In this document: positions 56,568 through 64,000 of the stretch, piece after piece
Layout: each line of letters opens with the position of its first letter
Numbering within the stretch: the stretch's first letter is position 1
From: an uncultured Clostridia bacterium
Lineage (GTDB): Bacteria; Bacillota; Clostridia; Christensenellales; UBA1242
Length of the DNA: 64,000 nucleotides
Direction of reading: 5' to 3'
Assembly: GCA_947062475.1 (NCBI GenBank)
Contig: CAMSQA010000003.1
Coordinates: 31,990 to 95,989, forward strand
Translations under genes and position numbers: made by a program
The notes under the pieces: model-generated
Seen by the model: the letters and a program-made list of their open reading frames with translations, nothing else
Told to the model about the DNA's origin: nothing
Database searches by the model: none

Positions 56568-59500
56568 ATGAAACTAATCACAAGCGTACAAATTCAGGAG
56601 TTTTTTAAGGGAACTAGTAGGCGGGGACAGGAGATTTTACCTGAGTTAGTAAGAAAACTTATCCGACTAAGTATAAATAGGAATGGTTCAGTCCATTTCC
56701 CATGTGGCGATGCAATTTACACAAAGGGATGGGACGGAACTGTTCAAGATAATACTATAACAAATGAATATGTGCCAATTTCTAATTCTTTTTGGGAGAT
56801 GGGAACTAATGCTCGTACATTAAACAAAATTAAGGCTGATTATGATAAAAGAAAAATACTTGCTACAAATTATAATAAGAGAGAATATACCTATGTAGCT
56901 GTAACTCCTAAAATATTGGATAGTTGTAAGAAGTTGGAACTTGAAGAGAAGTGTAATAAAGAAAAAATTTTTAAAATTGTTAAGATTATCGACGCAAATG
57001 ATTTAGAATGTTGGATAGAGTACCATATAGATATTGCGTTGTGGTTATTATCTGAATTTAATAAAAAATTTGAAGATATAGGTTTATCATTATTAGTTGA
57101 TGAATGGAACAAAATTTTAGAGTTTGCAGAACCACAGTTAACTTATGATGTAATTGTGAGTGGGAATGAAGCGAAGGCACATAAGTTTTGTCAAGACATT
57201 TCTTGTTTGCAAGGAGATAATATCTATTCAATTTCTTCGCCTTATGGCAAGGAGCCAGCATTTCTCTTTGCTATGGCAAGTTTAATCCAAAATGTGGATA
57301 TATCCATACAAGAAAAGGTTGTTATTGCAAAAAAACAAAATGATTTAGATATTATAAATGTGTGCTGTACTGGAAAAATAATTTTAATTATGTTTAATTG
57401 TTCTGATGATAAAATTAAAATTGGGAACAATAATATTTATGTAGTATTCAATTCGTTGTATAGTGACGATTTAAAATTAGATTATATTAGTTTTGTAGAT
57501 TTTGCAAACGCATTAAAATCTATGAAAATACCGTCTGGCATCACATATAATGTAGCGAAAATGGTAGAATGTAATATAAGTGTATTAAAAAGGTTATATG
57601 CACGAAATCCTTTAGCGAGAATCCCAAAATGGGTTAGGACTAAAGACAGATTGGAACTTATTCCATTAATGTTAATGTCAGAAATAGATCTTGAAGATGC
57701 AAGCAGCATTGAAATACTAAAAACAATAGTCGGATCTAATTATGACGAATATATTGAGAAATTAGACTTTTGGGCGGAGATGGATGATGCTCCCGTATTG
57801 CGTTTTGAGAATTGCTATACGATAAATTCTAGAAAAGAATGTTTTGACTTAATGCAAATTAATATTTATTCAATTAAGGTGGGAAAATTAGAAAAAATTA
57901 TCAAAGCTATATTGTTAAATGAAGATAATGATTCGTCTATAGATGGAATGGTAAACGAGTTTGATCATAATGGAATGATTTGGCATGGCAAAGTTATCAA
58001 CAATATCTTAGATACTTTTATCATTCTTTCGATGAAAAATGCAAAATTCCAAAGACATTATGATTATTTTGTACAAGAAATTTTTAATAGATGCAGTAGT
58101 GATATTAACATGTTAGAGAGATCTTCAAAGTATTTCAGTAAATTAGCAGAATTATCACCGTATGCTATTATCAATTATGTTAAGGGTATGTTATACGATA
58201 ACAATACTTTATTTAGAACATTGCTTGAGGATAAGAGTAAGGGATTTTATAATCATATTAAATGGGCATTGGAGATTTGCCTAAAATTTGAAGACCATGC
58301 TATAGATGCTCTTAGAACGGTGTTAGATTTATATTTTTCTGACATGAAACTTCCCAATTTTGAAAGTTTAAAAGAATTTGTTATACAATGTTTTTCGCCA
58401 ATTTCCACAGGGATAATTCCGATTGCACAAAAATTGAAATTAAATCTCCTGTTTAATAGCATAAATGACTATTATATAGATAAAGCTAAACTTATTGTTA
58501 AAAAGCTAGTAGATGGAGGGGAGAATATTATATCTTATGGTGTATACTATTCGTATAAGTTGCCATATAGAACGCAATCAGATTTATTAATGCAAGACTT
58601 CTATGATACTCAAAAATTGGCTACAAGTTGGTTGATTTCAAATTCAGAGATCCATGAAAAAGCTGAACTTCTAAAAAATATTTTGTCAACAATTCATACA
58701 AATAGTTTAGAGTCTATCACTGAAAAGCTTGCAGAGTTTAAGGAGTTTTTACCTAAGGATATAGATGATAAGATAAAAAGTGAAATAAATTTAGTTGCAT
58801 TGAAAAATATCCATGATATTAAACAGTTTCGTTCTAATTGGACTCATGAGCAAGCATTTTTGCCTTTGTTAGAAGACTTGTATAGCTTTACATTACCAAA
58901 AGATGTTTATATGAAGTATCAATATATATTTAAATTAGAAGGATTCCCGATACTAGACCCTCCAGATTTTGATAGCGATAGAGATAATTGGTATGAAATG
59001 GATAGTGTAAAAAGATGGGATGAGACTCAAAATGCTATTCAAACACTTATTTCGGAATATGGGGATGGTATCATTACTAGAATAATTGAAGATGCTAGTG
59101 GTAAACGAACATATAGATTTTGGTCAATATTATATGATTTTTCAGCCAATCATGATAGGGATTTTAAGAAATTTTTAGAGCTTAAGAATACTGAAGGGGC
59201 CACTGTATATTTACAAAGATATGATGAAAAAAAAGTAATAGATCAAGTTAAAAATTGTGACCAAAGACATAAAGAGTTTTTATATTCTGTATTACCAATT
59301 AATGAATCGCTTATCAAATATTTTAATGGGAAAGAAGATGAAATATTATATTGGAAGAATAAAAGATTTCTATTGCAAGATGTCCCTTGCCGCGAACAAG
59401 TTTTTGAGAAATCGCTTATTTTTAATCCGATTGTTTTGTTAGATTCATATGCCTATAGGAATAAGGATTTTTCTTACGAAGATGGAATAAAGATTTTAAA

Positions 59501-60284
59501 GGCGGTGGTAGAAAAGAGCAAAATCGAAAAGCTTTTCACAGGATCAAATGCCCATGAAGAATATGCTTTACAGGAAATAATTACAAATATGGATAAAAGA
59601 TTCTATACGGATGAATTAGCATTGCTTGAGTTTCAACTTTTGCCATTTTTGCTTAATGGATATATTCAAGATTACCCGATGGGAGTAAAAAATTATTTTT
59701 GGAAAAATCCACAGGAGTTAGGTAAGTTGTTGTGTAAATTGTATAAGGAAAGAGGAAACTTTGATATAAATAGTGTTGGGGCAAAAATTTACTATCAAGG
59801 AATTGTAAACTTAAATAAAAGCTGTTTAATTCCAAGGGAGTATATAGTACAAAAGAAAGATGATTTACAAGAGTGGGTGCAAAGAGTAATTGAGGTTGTG
59901 GATGAAAGTGAAGTTGAAATCAAAAAATATATTGTTCAATCGATAGTTTCCATTATGGCATTATGTCCAGAGGATTCTGTGAATAAAATATGGCCAACAA
60001 GAGAAGTTGCAAAAATACTAGAAGATATAGACAAATTAAAACTATTTGAGAGGGATGCTGTTTCGTCATCATTTTATTTTGCGAAAATTAATTCTCAAGG
60101 TATGAGATGCGTTGGCAATGGAGATTATGAACACAATGAATCTCTAAAATATAAACAGTTTGCAAATGAATATCGTGCAATATATCCTGTTGTATCAAAG
60201 GCTCTTGACTTTTTATCGGATTCCTTTGCCAGAACGGGAGATGAGGATAAAAGGAACGCTGTGCGAGGTAGTTATTATGTTTAA
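56568..60284 (+). CDS. Large (1238 aa) hypothetical protein: conserved-looking N-terminal domain + long alpha-helical repeat region; no P-loop seen
   Basis: AGGAGAG RBS, 8 nt, ATG 56568. The N-terminus, ..GQEILPELVRKLIRLS...FPCGDAIYTKGWDGTV...SFWEMGTN...KADYDKRK, could be a nuclease-like (D...E) domain. I found no GxxxxGK[ST] motif. Confidence 0.6.
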   Translation: MKLITSVQIQEFFKGTSRRGQEILPELVRKLIRLSINRNGSVHFPCGDAIYTKGWDGTVQDNTITNEYVPISNSFWEMGTNARTLNKIKADYDKRKILATNYNKREYTYVAVTPKILDSCKKLELEEKCNKEKIFKIVKIIDANDLECWIEYHIDIALWLLSEFNKKFEDIGLSLLVDEWNKILEFAEPQLTYDVIVSGNEAKAHKFCQDISCLQGDNIYSISSPYGKEPAFLFAMASLIQNVDISIQEKVVIAKKQNDLDIINVCCTGKIILIMFNCSDDKIKIGNNNIYVVFNSLYSDDLKLDYISFVDFANALKSMKIPSGITYNVAKMVECNISVLKRLYARNPLARIPKWVRTKDRLELIPLMLMSEIDLEDASSIEILKTIVGSNYDEYIEKLDFWAEMDDAPVLRFENCYTINSRKECFDLMQINIYSIKVGKLEKIIKAILLNEDNDSSIDGMVNEFDHNGMIWHGKVINNILDTFIILSMKNAKFQRHYDYFVQEIFNRCSSDINMLERSSKYFSKLAELSPYAIINYVKGMLYDNNTLFRTLLEDKSKGFYNHIKWALEICLKFEDHAIDALRTVLDLYFSDMKLPNFESLKEFVIQCFSPISTGIIPIAQKLKLNLLFNSINDYYIDKAKLIVKKLVDGGENIISYGVYYSYKLPYRTQSDLLMQDFYDTQKLATSWLISNSEIHEKAELLKNILSTIHTNSLESITEKLAEFKEFLPKDIDDKIKSEINLVALKNIHDIKQFRSNWTHEQAFLPLLEDLYSFTLPKDVYMKYQYIFKLEGFPILDPPDFDSDRDNWYEMDSVKRWDETQNAIQTLISEYGDGIITRIIEDASGKRTYRFWSILYDFSANHDRDFKKFLELKNTEGATVYLQRYDEKKVIDQVKNCDQRHKEFLYSVLPINESLIKYFNGKEDEILYWKNKRFLLQDVPCREQVFEKSLIFNPIVLLDSYAYRNKDFSYEDGIKILKAVVEKSKIEKLFTGSNAHEEYALQEIITNMDKRFYTDELALLEFQLLPFLLNGYIQDYPMGVKNYFWKNPQELGKLLCKLYKERGNFDINSVGAKIYYQGIVNLNKSCLIPREYIVQKKDDLQEWVQRVIEVVDESEVEIKKYIVQSIVSIMALCPEDSVNKIWPTREVAKILEDIDKLKLFERDAVSSSFYFAKINSQGMRCVGNGDYEHNESLKYKQFANEYRAIYPVVSKALDFLSDSFARTGDEDKRNAVRGSYYV

Positions 60285-60786
60285 TAGTGAAGAGGGTAAA
60301 AGAGAAATGGCATACATTATTACTCGGTATGCTTACAGAGATACAGCACTTGAATATTATCATTCAAAATCAATAATGATGGATATGTTGTTTTATAAAA
60401 AGATTTATAATATAGTCTTTGCTAAATTAAAAAAAGTAGGCTTATTACACAAATATATTGAAAACTATCAAGTAGATGAACTTAAAAATAAAGAAGATTA
60501 TGAAAATTTACTGGCTACAGTGCCAGAAGAACTCAAATTTAAGTTTATGAGATATTTTATTGAAGTTACTGAGCTTTTGCGAGAGTATTTTGAATTTAGT
60601 TGGGACCCTGCGGAAATTGTTGATTGTAATTTGTACGGAAAAAGTCCTGCTTATTATGTTTTATCAGGGCATTTCACTGAGTGTTGTAAAGATGGCGCAA
60701 TTTTAGATGATAAAACAATGTGCTACATTAATAAAGATATACATAACAGAATTTACACCTTGTTGATAAATGGATATTTCAGTTAA
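60277..60786 (+). CDS. Hypothetical 169-aa protein, translationally coupled to the 1238-aa gene
   Basis: ATG 60277 overlaps the upstream stop by 8 nt (ATGTTTAA). MFNSEEGKREMAYIITRYAYRDTALEYYHS... The track start at 60160 lies inside the upstream gene. Confidence 0.6.
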   Translation: MFNSEEGKREMAYIITRYAYRDTALEYYHSKSIMMDMLFYKKIYNIVFAKLKKVGLLHKYIENYQVDELKNKEDYENLLATVPEELKFKFMRYFIEVTELLREYFEFSWDPAEIVDCNLYGKSPAYYVLSGHFTECCKDGAILDDKTMCYINKDIHNRIYTLLINGYFS

Positions 60787-60787
60787 A

Positions 60788-61024
60788 CTATTTGAATAGT
60801 TCTTTGCAGACCTTATATGTAATTTCAATAATATGGTCAATTTCAAGAGAATGAAGTTGACCTTTTTCATTGTCTAAGTTTATATATTCACGCCATTTTT
60901 CTTTTGAAAAACCTTTTGTGAATTTATCTTCTAGCTCACAAATTTTGTTTAATTGAAGTTGTGTTTCGGCACTTAGTTTTTCCGATTCAATTATGTTCAT
61001 AACAATTTCTATAATATGTTTCAT
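60788..61024 (-). CDS. Small hypothetical protein (78 aa), divergent from the Fic gene
   Basis: GGAGG RBS on the minus strand. Helical. Its stop is 1 nt from the convergent 60277-60786 gene. Confidence 0.5.
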   Translation of the reverse strand: MKHIIEIVMNIIESEKLSAETQLQLNKICELEDKFTKGFSKEKWREYINLDNEKGQLHSLEIDHIIEITYKVCKELFK

Positions 61025-61137
61025 AAAACCTCCGTAAATTTTGTTGTGTGTTGTATAGCGTAAATAAAATTCTTTTGCAAGTCTTTTTGTGAAGTTTTTG
61101 AAAATATCTTATCGGCAATAATTATTGTGAAAGTTGG

Positions 61138-61166
61138 TTGACTTTTTGCCGATATCGGTATATAAT
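61138..61166 (+). promoter_or_regulatory. Fic gene promoter
   Basis: TTGACT (61138-43), 17 nt, TATAAT (61161-66). This excludes the track's TTG start at 61138. Confidence 0.65.
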
Positions 61167-61194
61167 AAAGTTAATAAATTTAGGAGAAAAATCA

Positions 61195-62085
61195 GTGAAA
61201 TTTTTATCAGTTGCAGAGATTGCTAAAAAATGGGGAATGAGTGATAGGTCTGTTAGGAACTATTGTGCGCAAGGACGCATTAAAGGAGTCTTCCTAACTG
61301 GAAAAACTTGGAACATTCCAGCAGATGCAGTTAAACCAGAAAGAGAGAATAAAGCAAAATTTAGTGATAATGAACTTTTGAATGTATTGAAAGAACAAAA
61401 AGATATGAAGCTTCAAGGTGGAATCTACCACAAAACTCAAATTGAATTGACTTACAATTCGAACCATATCGAAGGCAGTAAACTTACAGAAGACCAAACA
61501 AGATTTATCTTTGAAACCAATACAATTGGTGTAGTAAATGAAACGATCAATATTGATGATGTTATTGAAACTTCAAACCACTTTAAATGTATTGACTATA
61601 TTATAGATAATGCAAAGAAATCTTTGACCGGATTAATGATAAAAGAATTGCACTTCATCTTAAAAACTGGCACTTCGGATAGTCGCAAAGATTGGTTTAA
61701 TGTTGGAGCATACAAAAAACTCCCCAACGAAGTTGGTGGTGAAGAAACCTGTAAACCAGAAGATGTTGCAACTGAAATGAAAAAACTGCTTGAAACTTAC
61801 AACGCAAAGAAAATGAAAACCCTAGAAGATATAATAGAGTTTCACCAGCACTTTGAAAAAATCCATCCTTTCCAAGATGGTAACGGCAGAGTCGGACGCC
61901 TTATTGTATTCAAAGAGTGCTTGGCAAACAACATCGTTCCATTTATAATAGATGACAACTTAAAATTTTACTACTATCGCGGATTAAAAGAATGGAACAA
62001 TGAACGAGGTTATCTATGCGATACCTGCCTGTCAGCACAGGATAAATATAAGCAGTGGTTGGAGTATTTTGAGATTAAGTTTTAA
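61195..62085 (+). CDS. Fic/DOC family protein (class II, internal inhibitory helix) with an N-terminal HTH
   Basis: AGGAG RBS + GTG 61195. HTH LSVAEIAKKWGMSDRSVRNYCAQGRI. Inhibitory motif SNHIEG (S/TxxxE[G/N]). Fic motif HPFQDGNGRVGR. Confidence 0.88.
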   Translation: MKFLSVAEIAKKWGMSDRSVRNYCAQGRIKGVFLTGKTWNIPADAVKPERENKAKFSDNELLNVLKEQKDMKLQGGIYHKTQIELTYNSNHIEGSKLTEDQTRFIFETNTIGVVNETINIDDVIETSNHFKCIDYIIDNAKKSLTGLMIKELHFILKTGTSDSRKDWFNVGAYKKLPNEVGGEETCKPEDVATEMKKLLETYNAKKMKTLEDIIEFHQHFEKIHPFQDGNGRVGRLIVFKECLANNIVPFIIDDNLKFYYYRGLKEWNNERGYLCDTCLSAQDKYKQWLEYFEIKF

Positions 62086-62125
62086 AAGAAATTACAGCCT
62101 AACTAAGTAAAAGAGCAGAGGTAAT

Positions 62126-64000
62126 ATGCAAAATATATTAAAAAAATACTGTCTAGAAGACAACGAAAATGGAATTATATTAATTGATATGCCCACTGGA
62201 AGTGGTAAGACGCACAATGTTATAGAGTTTATATATAAAAACTATGAAAACTTTGCCAAAAAAGTATTTTTTATTACTCCATTGAAAAAGAATCTAGGAT
62301 ATGATGACTTGAGAAAGAGATTTATTGAAAATGGGAAAGAAGAAATCTTTAATAAGAATGTATTATATATAAAAAGTAATATGGATATGTTGATAGAAAA
62401 CTTTAACGAAGCATATCAAGAAATACCTGATAAAATTAAAAGTGATAAAACAACAAAACATGTTAAAACACTTATAAAAATAATAGATTCCAATGTAAAT
62501 TCAGATTTTAAGACTGAAGCAATAGAAAATTTAAGAGAAGAATGGGAACCTAAATTTAGATCTGTTTTAGAAAATTATGTTATTTTTAACGATAACGGAG
62601 AAAAAAGAAACTACGCAGAACGTTTAAGATTTGTTGAGGAAAACAATCCATGGATTATAAAACTATACCCTTCAGTAATCACAGATAAAGCTAAAATCAT
62701 ATTTATGACCGTGGATAAGTTTTTGTCAATGAACTCAACTATAATTAAACCTTCTTATACTATTCTTAGTGATGATATAGTAAAGGATTCAATTATTTTC
62801 ATAGATGAGTTTGATTCAGCGAAAGAAAATATCCTAAGCAATATAATAAAAAGTTCGCTTAATAACAAAATTGGATTGTTAGATCTTTTTCATTTAATAT
62901 ATGCCGGTTTGACCGTTTGTGATTTTACCAAAAAATTAATGACTCCATCTCAGTATAATATTGAAAAGAAGAAAAATTCTACTAATTATTATAATCCTAT
63001 TGAGATTATTGATAAATTTAAGAAAAGGGCTGATGAAATTAAGGATAAGTATAACTTGCAATTTTTACATAAGTTAATTGGTAATCCCAAAGATAATGCG
63101 TATTTTATGTTTCAGGACTACAGATTTATTAGTATACTGCCATCACAAAATAATTATCTATTGTTAAAAACTAACAAAACTGACAAAATCAATCAAATAG
63201 AACCTATGCCGAATAGAGAAGAAAATAAAGATGAGCTGAAAGATCTTTTATTTGACATTAAGAACTTTATAAATTATTTTCAAATAGGGGTTGGATTTAT
63301 AGCCAATAATTATAAACAGCTCAAGATTGACTTAAAAGAAGATATGAATTTAATTTCGGACGATGCATGTGTAAGAACGGTACTTGCGGAATTTGGTATA
63401 GAAGGGAAATATTTAAGTTATTTAACGAAAGCCATCGTTAGAAGAAAGAAAAGCAAAGAAATGAGTAGTAATTCATTATCTGATGATTTAGATTTCTCTT
63501 TTAATGAAAAAGGTTTTAGATTTTATAGTATTATCGATAGTGACACTCACGACACACAATCAAAAATTCAATATGTAACAGTTGACGACACTCCGGAAAA
63601 AATATTATTGGGCTTATGTAATAAAGCAAAAGTGGTCGGTATTTCAGCTTCTTCATCACTAAGGACATCAACGGGTAATTTTGACATAAAATATTTAGAA
63701 ATTAAATTAGGTAGAAAATTTAAACATTTGAGCAAAGAAGAAAGAAAACAGCTAGAAGAATATTTTGATAGGCAAACCTGTGATTATGGCAAAGTAAATA
63801 TATTCACAAAAGAAATAAACGTTAATGAACTTAATTTGGAAGATAACATAACTAAATTTAGTGAAAATATTCAAGTTATAATAAATAAAAAATTTCAGAC
63901 ATTAAGAGGTTATATAAGAATAAGGTATATTAAATTATTTTTATGTATGCTGGAATTCTTAAAAGATAATAATTTGTATTCCTATTTGTTCTTAACTAGT
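62126..64000 (+). CDS. SF2 helicase/translocase-like protein; the 3' end runs off the window
   Basis: Open-ended, so absent from the track. ATG 62126 is followed by 625 sense codons to the window end. Motif I DMPTGSGKTH, motif Ia FFITPLKKNL, motif II IIFIDEFDS. Confidence 0.7.
   Translation, partial: MQNILKKYCLEDNENGIILIDMPTGSGKTHNVIEFIYKNYENFAKKVFFITPLKKNLGYDDLRKRFIENGKEEIFNKNVLYIKSNMDMLIENFNEAYQEIPDKIKSDKTTKHVKTLIKIIDSNVNSDFKTEAIENLREEWEPKFRSVLENYVIFNDNGEKRNYAERLRFVEENNPWIIKLYPSVITDKAKIIFMTVDKFLSMNSTIIKPSYTILSDDIVKDSIIFIDEFDSAKENILSNIIKSSLNNKIGLLDLFHLIYAGLTVCDFTKKLMTPSQYNIEKKKNSTNYYNPIEIIDKFKKRADEIKDKYNLQFLHKLIGNPKDNAYFMFQDYRFISILPSQNNYLLLKTNKTDKINQIEPMPNREENKDELKDLLFDIKNFINYFQIGVGFIANNYKQLKIDLKEDMNLISDDACVRTVLAEFGIEGKYLSYLTKAIVRRKKSKEMSSNSLSDDLDFSFNEKGFRFYSIIDSDTHDTQSKIQYVTVDDTPEKILLGLCNKAKVVGISASSSLRTSTGNFDIKYLEIKLGRKFKHLSKEERKQLEEYFDRQTCDYGKVNIFTKEINVNELNLEDNITKFSENIQVIINKKFQTLRGYIRIRYIKLFLCMLEFLKDNNLYSYLFLTS

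Overview
A low-GC chromosomal segment from a Firmicutes/Clostridia-like organism that uses the standard bacterial code: TGA ends tatD and rsmA, and spmA/spmB plus a SpoVB/MurJ-like flippase are present. Positions 1 to about 52,800 are mostly core genes. These include rplI (partial), an ABC-2 exporter with two ATPases, tilS, rpsF-ssb-rpsR, rpmE, typA, dnaB, gltX, spmAB, tatD-rsmA, tRNA-Val, mscL, a yqzL-like gene with recO, and many lineage-specific hypothetical membrane or surface proteins. Four things stand out. (1) A self-contained transcription unit of about 600 nt at 12610-13206 has its own sigma-A promoter and terminator, no credible ORF, visibly higher G+C and many helices. I read it as a large ornate ncRNA of the OLE/ROOL size class, with the family unresolved. 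(2) Two homologous promoters (13347-13373 and 27156-27182) each carry a 9-nt C or G homopolymer in a 15-nt spacer, upstream of surface-anchored or lipoprotein genes. They are phase-variation candidates. (3) From tRNA-Arg(TCG) at 52849 to at least 56500, an array of same-strand gene cassettes is separated by conserved non-coding modules of about 440 bp. Each module carries a degenerate copy of the tRNA 3' end, a shared core, conserved hairpins, TTTGATTTCGCGAC inverted repeats and about 17 ATCAAA/TTTGAT iterons. No recombinase is visible in the window. This integron-like or tandem-att architecture is the most unusual thing here. (4) The last cassette carries a translationally coupled 1238-aa + 169-aa gene pair, a class II Fic protein and an open-ended SF2 helicase-like gene, which looks like defence-island cargo. 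All family assignments come from motif recognition by eye; no database search or folding program was run.
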